In this document: in pieces, positions 49,276 through 60,567 of the stretch
How positions within the stretch are numbered: the stretch's first letter is position 1
Layout: every line of letters begins with the position of its first letter
Origin: Hydrolagus colliei
Taxonomy: Eukaryota
Length of the DNA: 64,000 bases
Reading direction: 5' to 3'
Assembly: GCA_035084275.1 (NCBI GenBank)
Contig: CM068758.1
Location: 5,642,001-5,706,000, forward strand
Translations under genes and position numbers: made by a program
The notes under the pieces: model-generated
The model's input: the letters and a program-made list of their open reading frames with translations, nothing else
Told to the model about the DNA's origin: nothing
Databases searched by the model: none

Positions 49276-52200
49276 AGACATTGGATTTAGTGATACTTCT
49301 CTCACTGCTAGTTTCCAATTTTGTTTCTCTCACAATTTTTCTCTATTTTATTGATACTACTATGGTCACTCTTTCATCAGAATTTTCTTTACTTGTTCCT
49401 TCTAAGCTTCAAACATATTTCCTTAATGCCTTTTCCTGCCCTCAGTTGGTTCCAGGATTCAAGTGCAGAATTGCGGTTCGTAAATCTGCATCTGTGCCGA
49501 TTGGCACAATGCTGCCTCACAGCTGAGAAGATTAACAGATGGAAGCTAGTCAGCGAGAAGAAAGAGAGAGGAAGGAGTGAGAGTGAAAACAAAGATATAG
49601 CTCTGGAGGAAGTAAAACAGAGAGTAAAGAGCAAAGGAAATGCATAGCGAGTCCACATCTGAGAGTCAGAGCCTTTTTCTCTCCCACAATTTTTGCACCA
49701 ATAAGACTTTGGGCCCCAATTCCTCTTCTTCCCCTCTTTTGCTTGTACTTTGGCAGCTAAGCTTCAGCGCGTGTCCACTGGTGGTTAATATGGAGCTGCC
49801 TGAGAGAACCCCCTCCTGAGAGACTACATGTGCTGTGGCTCAGTAAAGCACATCCTAACTATATGCAGCCTGCTCTCACTAGCATCGCAGCACGGTCTTG
49901 ACACCAAATAACTGTGTCCATCTGGAAGGCGTATCACAGGTCAATCCCCAGGATCAGACCAGAGGATTTTTTTGTGCAAATTATGCAATGAAAAACAACT
50001 CAAAAGAGTAATCATTTTGTGCTGTGAACTCTTGAGTACTCAATCCTCTAGGGGGACATTATTCTTCTGAAGAACTCTTGCAAACTGCTTTGTTCTGTAA
50101 CTTTTCTGTGAATATATTTTTGCCATTCTTTCTCAGCAGGTCCGTCCCCATTTGCATTTTGCAGTGACAACAAAAAAATACGGTGGAAGTATTGCGATGA
50201 AACTTTTAAGAAATAAGAGGAATCTGTTTCAAATCTGGACCATTAGAGCAATTTATTAAGTTTATTAATTTAATACCTGCCTAGCGATTGGGAGCATTTA
50301 TTTAAAGACTGAGGAGAACTATCCTCTGCCTCGTGATGAGGAATATTGATCAGAGCGCTGAGGAACCTCGGGTCACTGCTGTTTCATGGCTCCTGCTTTT
50401 CTTGACAGATCATCTACAGTAATTTTGTTGTTGTTGTTTTCTTAAACATTCCCTGCTTCTGCTCTGCTCCGATGCTCCATTCAAAAGTTCCTTGGCTCCT
50501 TCTCAAATAGAGCCTAGCACACCTACTCCGCTCCACCTTGCCCGGTCACAGAGAATACTGTTCTGGGTAGAAATCAAAGCAGAGCTGAAGTAATTATGTC
50601 CATAAATATGATCTGTATTCTGTGGGTCTGGTTGCTTTGCCACTGAATGGGTTTATTTCCAGCTATACTTAATATCAAAATGGCAATCAGACTAGTCATT
50701 TACCTTGCCCCGGCCTGCTTCTTCTCTGTCAAGTGGGGGCTACTTTGTTGAGGGCCACCACCACAACTCATTGCTATTCTGACTTAGCCTTTCTGTTCAT
50801 TTTATTCGACTCGAATGAACTTTCTCTTGCCTCACAAACAGCAACCCAAAACAGCAAATGAGCTCATTGTGGTTTTATGTTCCAGATAGCAGTGGTTGGG
50901 TAAGTCCTTATTTTAGTTATCATTGAATTGGTCTGTAACAAAGGCACCTTCTGTATGGAAATAAATGACAGCTGTCAACGAGCTTCAGAAACTCTAACCC
51001 ACAGCTCTGGTGACATCAATGAGAAATTAAGCTTGAGCCATAAGTTCAGTAGATCTTCAGTTGTAGAGCTACCTCACTCTCCCTATCTGACTATTGCTGC
51101 CTCACTCTTGCAATCTTGTTGCCTTATGTTTGAACTTGCAGTGTAACTTAGTTAGAAATCTGGTTTTCTGAAAATAAGCCATCTGAACCCCTTGATCTAG
51201 TTGTAACCGATTCCTAGGCATCCATTATTCTGTATATAAACCACCTGAATCCTTCAATTAGATTCCAGCTCCTAACTCTATTCTGGGAATCCTTTATTTG
51301 GTTTCTAATGTGACCAAAATCTTCACTCTGAAATTGTAACAGAATATAATAATTCTATTATTGAGGATCATACTTATTTTTTAATCCTGTGCAGATTTTC
51401 ATTCACTTTATGCGTTAACTGCAGCAGCAACAAAGACACCCAAACTATTCTTGTCCCTGATCCAAAATTTTGCACATTGCAGAAGGTGAGTGAATGCTGA
51501 ATGAGCACTTTCCTGCAATAAATGACATGACTTTTTATAGTATGTTTGTGTTCAGGGTGGACCTGAACGGTAAGTTAACACTTACTTCCTGCTCCAAAGG
51601 AGCCAGATACTCTGGCTGACATTTCTAATTTCTGAGTAGCAGCAAAAGTCACGGTAGCTTTGTAAAAGAGCAATTCGGAGAAAATAAGACGTTCACATTT
51701 TTATTTACATCTTCCAATCCGGGTATGAATAGTGTGTTTTGTCTGTAGTTCTCAAAAATGGCAGATAGTGCTGAGTTCTGTTGATCAAGCCCCTGACCTG
51801 GGAAAATTGTCTAGTTCAATCAGGACAATGCTGTTTCATTTGATTTAGTTGGCCTGAGAATGTAGCTTACATTCAACATAATCATTCATAAGTGTGCCAT
51901 TGAATCTTACATCTACTACTAGTCGTGTAAAGGTACTGTTGTGACTACTGCGGGTTTAGCTGTACCCATGAATTTCAAAATTGCCTTACCCAGTGCCTAA
52001 GTCACTTTTGAGCTAGACAATGACTGACACAATGGGTTTTAATAATGACAATATCTTGGATCTAAATCCAAGCTCAAACTGCAGAGATGTTGAGGTCCAA
52101 GAGAGAGGAGTTTGGGGACCCTGTCAATTTAATAGAAGCCTATAAGTGGCTGTAATCCAGAACCTAATAAAGGTTGTTCCTGACCTGGGAGCTGGATGGC

Positions 52201-53084
52201 AATGTCTAACTGAATTTAACCTGTTCTGTAACTGACCAGGGAGTACATTACAGTAAAACAAAAACCCCTGTAAATTGCAGCTCCATCCATCACCATGAGA
52301 AGTAAAAACATACACCACAAAATTTGTTTAAAAAACAAAGCTGTTTAATCATTTATATTTCAGAATGAGATGTTATTTGAAGCTGTGGAGGAAGAATCCA
52401 GCCTGACATGGACATTCTTTCATTTTGAATAACTGAATAAAACCAGCCATATTCTCTTGTGGCTCTAGGCTATTATTTCTAAATGTAAAATTTTATTACT
52501 TGGTGTATTTAGAGGTCATCAAAACACTGATCTAATCTAGGATAAAGAACCAAATACCAGAGGCTATTTTGTTTAAAATTTTATGTTATTTAAATGGATT
52601 AATGGAAGCGATAGCTGCAAACTCAACAAGTGGAACTGCTTTGATTGACAAGTGACAGCATTCAAATTATGACAGAATATACCTGGTATCAAACCAGGAA
52701 TGGTACTTTAATTGCTAATATTGATGCTGCATAAGTGGCAGAGCCATGGGAGAACAGGATTCAGATTGTTTTTAAGTCGACTATAGTCTCCCAAAGGACT
52801 TTTGAGCAATGTACCATTACAACAGACCTCACTTATTATTTGCAGGTGCAGATTTTTTTCCTCCGTTTGAATAATGTGAATATTGGGGAGGAAAAATGTA
52901 TGGAAAATTTAAATCTATACCCATGAGTAAGACACGTGTATAAGAAATTGCTGGTAAGAGCACATACCAGACATACTTTATGTCAATTCTCATAAACATT
53001 AAACCCCTGGCTGGACGGACCAATCGGGGCCGTGGCGGGAGAGGTGAGGGGGTGGAGGGGGTTAACTATATATTCAAGCTCCAT

Positions 53085-53443
53085 GTGGGGAATTGGAACT
53101 CATATAATCTGCTGACACATCAATGTGTGGCACTGAGGATCTGCTGCATTGTAAGATATGCTTTGGATGAGATCTTAAGCTGAAGACCCGTCAACCTGCT
53201 CAAATGGAAGTTAAAGATCCCATGGCACTATTTGAATAATGGGAGTTTGTCCCCATGTCCTGACCAACAATCCCACAAATAAACATGGTCACTCTTTTTG
53301 GGACATTGCTGTGAGCATATTAGCTGCTGCGTTTGACCGCAGAAGACACTCCAGCCACATTACCTTACAGTGTATCCTGTGAATAGCTTTGAGATATCTT
53401 GATGATGTGATTAGACACTGTATTAATTACAAGGATGAATTAT
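53085..53443 (+). mobile_element. DeuSINE family B
   Basis: ctttggatgagat..taa.ctga, taaagatcccatggcactatttgaa, tgtcctgaccaac, gggacattgctgtg, and an L2-type tail. Confidence 0.8.
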
Positions 53444-56242
53444 CTTAATACAAAGCGGGCTTTTTAAATTGTGGATTTTGGAACCTGACCCATTCTGTCC
53501 ATTTTCCCTCCCCTATCTCTACATTACGTGGCTTTCCTATCCACAACAATGCCACAATTCCCAGTTGATATGTATATATTGATATATATGATATGCATGG
53601 CAGTTTGAGGCAGGTTGTTCCAATTCTTACAATCTTACTGAGGTTCAACAGGTTCCAGCTCTTGCGTAACTACCAGTCACTTAACATTCTCAATAGTAAA
53701 GGCGGAGGTGGCAGTCAAGAAAACTGCACTCACACTGATGCAGTTCCAACCATTTTCTGTGCTGTGTTTCAGTGCAGATCTGTATTGAAATGGATTATGA
53801 GACAACAATCAGAATACAGTATAAAGGTAAAACCTTCAGAAATTGGCATGTGTAATTAAAGTATGGTAATTCATCCTATACATTAATCTTTTTATTGGTT
53901 TTGAAAGATGTAGTTAGGCTGCATACGTTTGCAATGAGGTCAGTCATGTAAATGTAAGAAGTTTGCCGGTTATTTGGAGGATCTCCCAATAGGATGAAAC
54001 AGTAGGATAGCATCCCATTAAAATGGCAAATAAAGAGTCGTAACACCCAATTACTAACCAAATTTTTTCAGGGGAATACGATCCAGGTCAGCAGCCTATT
54101 TGTGTTGGAAGAGAGTGGAATTCAAGAGGAAGGCTGACGATAAAAGCCCCGCATCAGCATTTAAGAGATGAAAAAAAATCCTTCCTGGAGCAGTAGGTCT
54201 ATGGAACAGATTCCAACAAACTTGGTAGAGCTGTTTAGATTACCTTTTTAAAAATGGATACCTATGTGTGTAAGAAAACATCATTATTTAGGAGCAGAGA
54301 GAGATGAACAAATAGTCCCGGGAACAGAATGATTTCTGTGCAACAGATTTTGTGGAAGGAAGGTTTGAACAGTGAGCATGGATTTCTGGAGGTGTTACTT
54401 TTCCTGTGAGGTTCATGAGGTTTTGTTTTCTCCAGAAGATGGAGCAACTGGACTTAACACAAAGGGTAAGCTTTGTGTGGATGTGGAGGGATAGAAGTTC
54501 TGAGTGGAAAAGGTCATTTTGCCATGAACAGGCCACTCACTCTGCTACTAAATCTATGGCAATTTTTCAATGCCTCATCTTTTCTCCGCATCCTCCCTTT
54601 GCATTGAATATGTTCCTTATTCACAGTACACTTCACAAGAATTAATAGAATAGAAAGACACCAAATAACTTTTTTAAAACGTTTTTTAATTTCTATTCAT
54701 TTAACAAAAACATTCACTTTTTTCAAACTCTACTCATTTGCAGCCACAATGCCAACTGTAGTGCCATGCGATAGTGCCTACGCCTGCTTTTTACACTGCA
54801 AGCAACAATACCATCAACGATACCATATCACAATTGGAACACAATCCTCAGGCAGCCACAGCGGGCAACTTAGTCCAAATGAGTCGAGTCAAAGGGACTA
54901 TGTCAGTTACGTCCAATGGAGTTTCACTGCATTTTATGCAGCACAGTCAAGAAGATAACAGAGGAAACTCAATAAAGTTTTTATTTCATATAAACATTAA
55001 AAAAAATCACATAAATAAACAAGCTAAAAAAAAATCTCATGCAAATTTACAGGAGTCAGAACTTGCCATGCTGTATTGAAAAGCTCGTAGTGGAGACAAT
55101 CTGAAGCACAGGCTAACAGGGCTAACCTTGAAAGGGCAACTGACATCAAACAGACTGTCATTATCTGTGGATAAAAGGAGCAGAGGTGGAGACTCAATCC
55201 AATGTATCCCAATCTGGTTGGTGTATATGTTAGCCTCTGTTTTTTTCATTGATTGGATCATTACTACATTCTGTGGATTGCAAACTTATTTCATTTGAAA
55301 ATTATCATAAAATGACAATTCCTTTCCCCCTTCAAGAGCACCAGCACACTACACAGGATGGTGTTTGGATATATTTACACACTGGATGCAGATAGACAGC
55401 AACCTGAAATAGTTGCTCTCAATGCAAGCCTGCAGCAGAAGAGGAAGTCGGGAACCAGCGTTCTTCTGGCAACCTAAGGACTTCTTTGCATTAATGATTT
55501 ACTGTCAAAATGGCGGCCATTAACCATGCTCCTTCAATTCAGATGAAATTATTCTGCAGTTTCAGGAGTGAGTCAGTTGGGAATATCTTGTGCACTGAAC
55601 AAATGGCAACATGGATAGAACCACAAAACAAAAATAACATGGAGGAGTTTCGTTGAAAGGATAGTTTTGAAGACCACATACATCTCCTTTCTACCCCCCC
55701 TCCCTTCCCACCTCATTAGAGAATCTGATGCACATCTAGCTAGTACAAGACAATGTTTATCTCCTCAGTTTGATGGTACGCAAACCTAGCTCTGAGAGTA
55801 CACGTCTCACTTCTAAATCTATTTAGACCAAGGCTGACTGAGAGCGTGTAAAGAGGCGATTTTTTTTTTTTTCCTTAACGTGATCTTCCAGAGTCACGTG
55901 CGATCACTGCAGAGCAGGTAGGTTTATATATAGATGTGTGTATATATAATATATATTTTATAAAGTTTTACTTCAGGGACTGGGCCCAGTCAAGCTACAG
56001 CAGCAACAGTTCATCAGAACATTGATAATAATGATAGACTACAAACAGGAGACATGTTGTTGCTGCTGCTGCACATTTGTGTCAATTGTTTTATTTTATA
56101 AAAGCATCAGGACCCAGCTCAGATAGTGGCCAGTTTGAGCAAACCTGGGCTCAGTCCATACCACAACAACATGAGGTTCTGTGATGGAAAAAGACACTTC
56201 AATAAGCAGGGCAGCTTGGACAATCTTGACGCACTCTTAGAT

Positions 56243-56696
56243 GGATATAGTACAGGTTAACCTCAAAAAAAGAAGCTCCCTCCTTATCCTATCCAGCACT
56301 TTCAGCATGGATTACAAAGTAAAGCTCCTATCAGTTTAAGGGGTTAGGGGAAAGAAAGAAAAGATCAGTAGTATATACACAAATTGCATACTTTAGGCTT
56401 TCAAGCTGTGGAGCTCAACCAATGATGACTTTAAAAGCACTTTCAACAATTGTTTCAACAGTTATTGTACTTTCCTTCACAATCAACAATTATGATTGTG
56501 AAGCACTGTGGGTCTTAACTGTTAATGGGCTGAAAATGCATTTGTGGGTGAGTTATTAGTGGAGAATAAACCATCTTTGCGTACTCCCAGATTGGTATAG
56601 TACAGGTTAGGGACCAAAAAAACACCTCACTCTATACTATCCAGCACTGTCAGATCAAGTACAGCATGGGTTACAAAGTAAAGCTCTTCTATACTG
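56243..56696 (+). repeat. Two degenerate copies of a ~70-90 bp dispersed unit (gtacagcatgggtta...agtaaagctc..ctatactg)
   Basis: 56243-56330 and 56592-56696 share tatagtacaggtta, ctatccagcact and cagcatgg.ttacaaagtaaagctc. Related units lie at ~45585, ~47450-47555 and ~63600-63735. Confidence 0.65.
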
Positions 56697-58027
56697 CTCA
56701 ATCCATAAGCCTAAAATCTCATCTCAGAAGAATATCCCTTACCCCTATCTGCAATTCGCATTCTCCCCTCTTTCAACTGCTTCTTTCTGACCTCCTCAGT
56801 GAGAATGCAATTACTCTGTGAACCTACAAGCAAACGGAACTGAGTTCACTGTTACAGTCAACAGAGAGGTCAGAGTTTAAAGAAGTACAGCAAGCAATCC
56901 TTAAGATAGGGTTAGCAATAAGAACTAAAGTTCCAAACGAATCCCTCTTCCTGCACCACGACTTATGAAAAGATTACAATGATATCTAGGCAACATTAGT
57001 TATACTTCCACTATTTTCTCCCAGTCACGTTTGCCCTTGTTAAAATGCCTTGCACACAGTCAGCCACGTGCATTGTGTGGCTCGTACAGTATATTGGGTG
57101 CTAAGGATTAATTGCCATCGCTGGATGTTGCGGGCAGATTGCGACGTCATTGTCTGAGATCACTCTCATCACAAATAGAATGAATGCAACCTGGTTTATA
57201 ATTGCATAATCTTTTAATTTTACGTGATAGTTCTTTTTAAAAATATTGAATTACATTACGCTTTTGTGGTAATCTGAGTAAAACTAGTTAGACTAGTATG
57301 GATGGATATAGATGGATGAGTAGCGGTTGGACTCGCTTGCAATAATTCACTTGGTACCTTAAGTGAATTATTAGACGTGACAGGATATTTTAGTACCTTA
57401 GACCTGATAGGATATGTCGGCTTACGGAGCTCACAAATTTGCCACTTATCCTATCATTGGATGTACAGGATGCAGCAGAACCTCTGTGTAATATTGCCCT
57501 GCGAAAGTTATAGACAAACTAAATTTCAGCGAGTGCCTTGTAAAGAATGTGTTTTATGGGATTTCTCAGCCTGTGAGGCATCCAGAACCATCATGTACAT
57601 ATATCTGCAAACTGATATTACAGCCATTAAGAGTTTCTCAGATTTTATATCAGAGGCTATGTATGGTGTCTTAGAGATGTATAACAATAGGCTATGTTAA
57701 AGGGTTTATTATTAATGAGGCATAAGTACATGTTTGATTGGAGAACTGAGTAAATGTGGTAGTGTTGCAGTGAACAATTACTGCTAGAGTTTTTTGGGAG
57801 CGTGCAATGGGCCACTGGATGTCAATACTGTTGTTGTTTCAGTGGAGGATTCGAACACCGTGGGTCAGAGCTGCTTTGTACAAATGGATCCATCCTTTAA
57901 GATGGATCTTTTCAAATCTAGTTTCAAACTATACAATGTTAACAGACTGCCTGCTGTATGCCAATTTTTGTTTTAACAAGATAACTGGAACCAGTCCATA
58001 TTTACAGAAGTAGGGTTCACTTACATT

Positions 58028-58085
58028 CACACACATAACACACCCCACACACATACACACACACACACACACACAAAACACACAG
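58028..58085. repeat. (CA)n microsatellite in the netrin 3' UTR
   Basis: Read directly. Confidence 0.85.
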
Positions 58086-58545
58086 AAACAATTTTGCCTC
58101 TTGCCAGTAGTTAATCATAATAGTTTGCAAACTAAGAAACCGAATAAACAAGCAGCAAGATAAGCTTAGTTGGGACAGCTAACCAATCACAGGCTCATTC
58201 AAAGGAGAAAAGTATCAGAATAAATGTCTTGAGCAGGTTGAACCCAACTCAGCATCTGGGAATCAGACCAGGATTGTGGCCTGATTTTGTATGTTGACAG
58301 TGATTAAATGATCTCATTCTGGAAAGGGTAGACTGATCTCTAAAAGCATTCCTGTCAGTAATCTGCCATCTCTGTAATACACTGCGATTGAATATCATAT
58401 TATTGTTTACTGCCTCCAGTCTCTTCCTTCTGATCAAAGGTTTTTCTGGCAGTTCTGAAAGGTAAATATCTTGAAAGAAAAGTGTCTTATTTACATTGTG
58501 GCCCACGGTGCTATAGACATACAGAGTCCTTCCCAAGCAATTGTC

Positions 58546-58877
58546 TCAAGCCTTCCCACATTTTCCTTTCTTCTCTTTCCGTTGGAATTTCCGAAGTCGT
58601 CTTGTCCAGACATCCCGCCACTGAATGACAAGGCTGTTCTTATCAGCTACCAGTCCACCTAGCCGCTCGGACGAACTGTCAGTGTTGCCCATCACCAGGT
58701 ACTTTTTTGTCATCTGGATTTTTGGACACTTGCAGGCCAGGTCCTTCATGTTAATCCATAGGAACTGATCGCCCCGTTTAATGCGCTCATCCCTGCTCTT
58801 GTACACGGACACAATATTCACTGTGAACTTTGCCCAGTCACCCACAGTCTCCATATCTAGAACACTGACCTGAACAG
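58546..58877 (-). CDS. NTN3: Netrin (netrin-3 / chick netrin-2-like), last coding exon, NTR/C345C domain
   Basis: Minus-strand acceptor ttttcctttccttcgacaatccag|CT GTT CAG. Encodes (A)[109 protein letters not shown], then TGA at 58546-58548. Clear netrin C-terminus. METV, RDER, DKNSLV and WTRRL favour NTN3/netrin-2 over NTN1 (paralog call about 0.75, from recalled sequences). Confidence 0.95.
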
Positions 58878-59914
58878 CTGGATTGTCGAAGGAAAGGAAA
58901 ACACAAAAATTAGTCTGGAATAAACTCAGGATCTCACAACATCTGACAACCATTAACAAATGTCTTCATTGCTGTCCAAAAAAAACCATTTTTGTTTAAA
59001 ACATTCAGCATTCTTGATTGACCCTATATTTCAAAATATGTTCAAAAATTAGCATAAATTCCTGGGAATGACACTCAAATATACTTTTTCTCCTCCCAGG
59101 TTCACTGGTGAACAGCGATAAATGCAAGTTATCGTTGTTGTACAGGGTGACCAAACTGTTGTGATATGCTTACAATGTTTAATAAGTCTTAAAATAAATT
59201 ATGATTTTTTTTTAGATTGTAGTGTAGATATCACAACTTTTTGGTCACCCAGTATACATTGGGGGGATGTCTCCAATCTTCTGACACTGCTTGCTGGTAA
59301 TTGGAGCTAAAGGGGTTGGGTAAGGGAAAGATGCCCAGAAGAGATATGTCTTGAGACAGGCCTTGAACAAATGGTTGGAGAGAAGGCAGGTCGGAGGGAC
59401 TACAGGATGGGTTGGGATAGTTCAAGGCAGTCGGAAGGATTTGAACAGAAAGAGGATCATAAACTTGATCCACTGAGGGATGGGGAGCCAAGTGAGGATA
59501 AGGGCAAAAGGCTCACTGGAGTAAATGATAAAGAGAAATGGCAAGAGTGAGTGTTAATGCAGTGAAAGCAAGTGAGAGCCGTACAGAGACAAAGGAGGGT
59601 CAATAAAGTGCATTTTAATAATTTTTCATCCAACCAAAGCAGGTTTAGAGCTACAGTCATAGACGAGCCACCTAAACTACGAACAGTCACAAAAAAAAGA
59701 AACATTGAGACATCTCAATAAAGCACCTCCACTGTTGTTTTTATTAGCTACAAATTTTCATCAGATATTTCTTGTGAAGGGAAGCTGTGATGGTAACTAC
59801 CATGCTATGTGTTGGCATCCTTATTTTCTGCACATTTTTATGTTTTGTGCTAATCATGTAAAAACGTGGGATCATGCCAACAACAGGAGGGGATCCAATA
59901 TAAATTGAACTTAC

Positions 59915-59989
59915 CGTAATCTTTCTTGCAATACTTTTTCATATTGATTTTCAGGTTTCCTTTTGGAGGCTTGCAGTAGGATTCACAAT
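59915..59989 (-). CDS. NTN3: Netrin penultimate coding exon (75 nt, phase 1-1)
   Basis: ttctcccctag|AT TGT GAA TCC TAC TGC AAG CCT CCA AAA GGA AAC CTG AAA ATC AAT ATG AAA AAG TAT TGC AAG AAA GAT TAC G|gtaagt = (D)[24 protein letters not shown]. Splices in frame to the exon starting at 58877 (TAC G|CT GTT = Y-A-V). No upstream netrin exons were recognised in the window. Confidence 0.95.
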
Positions 59990-60376
59990 CTAGGGGAGAA
60001 GTGAGACAGTCTTTACTGAAAGCGAATGGTTCTCAGTTACCACACATTCTCATACATTTATCTATTGTTCTGCTTCACAACATGATTTGTGCACCCTGTG
60101 AGTTATAACGTGGGATAGAGTGAGCTTTGTGGAAGGGGTTATAGACCTCCCTGGTGAGTGGCGTAATTGTCTGGGTGGGCCATTGTGGCTCACTGCCGGG
60201 TACTATTCACACATGTATATATTTTTTGCTCATCTAGAGACACAGGTAAAGAACAGAAACTTGAATGAGGTACCCAGCAGGCTGCCGACGCTTACAAAAC
60301 CATACCAAAGGAAGCCAATTCCTAAAGAGAGGGAAAAAATATAGCTATAAAGAAAGAAAAATGTTAACCGTCAGAT

Positions 60377-60567
60377 CAGTGGTGGCCAACCCGTTGCCCA
60401 CCTGCCAGAATTGGGGAAATCCGTGTTTTCGGCCTATCAATCGGTAATCAGTAGTTTGTTTTCAGTTTTTTCTTGATTGAATGTTTCTTGATTTATGGTA
60501 TATATAAAGAAATATTCAATCAACAATATGTCATTTGTTGGCCAACGATAAAGGTTGCCCACCACTG
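60377..60567. mobile_element. hAT (Charlie-like) MITE, 191 bp, in a netrin intron
   Basis: TIRs cagtggtggccaacc and ggttgcccaccactg (14/15 match). The 8-bp flanks cgtcagat and tgttagac differ only by transitions and resemble the NTCTAGAN target. Confidence 0.75.

Larger units (their letters stand above)
54665..58545 (-). other. Probable long (~3.6-3.9 kb) 3' UTR of the netrin gene
   Basis: Almost TE-free stretch after the stop codon. Minus-strand poly(A) signals AATAAA (54980-54985) and ATTAAA (54685-54690) are each followed by U/GU-rich downstream sequence (e.g. gttatttggtgtctttct). The end position is inferred. Confidence 0.5.

Noticed and set aside
58878-58959. N-terminal part of ORF 58546..58959 ([11 protein letters not shown]...)
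   Set aside because: Intronic read-through upstream of the AG acceptor at 58878-58879; netrin similarity starts at AVQV.
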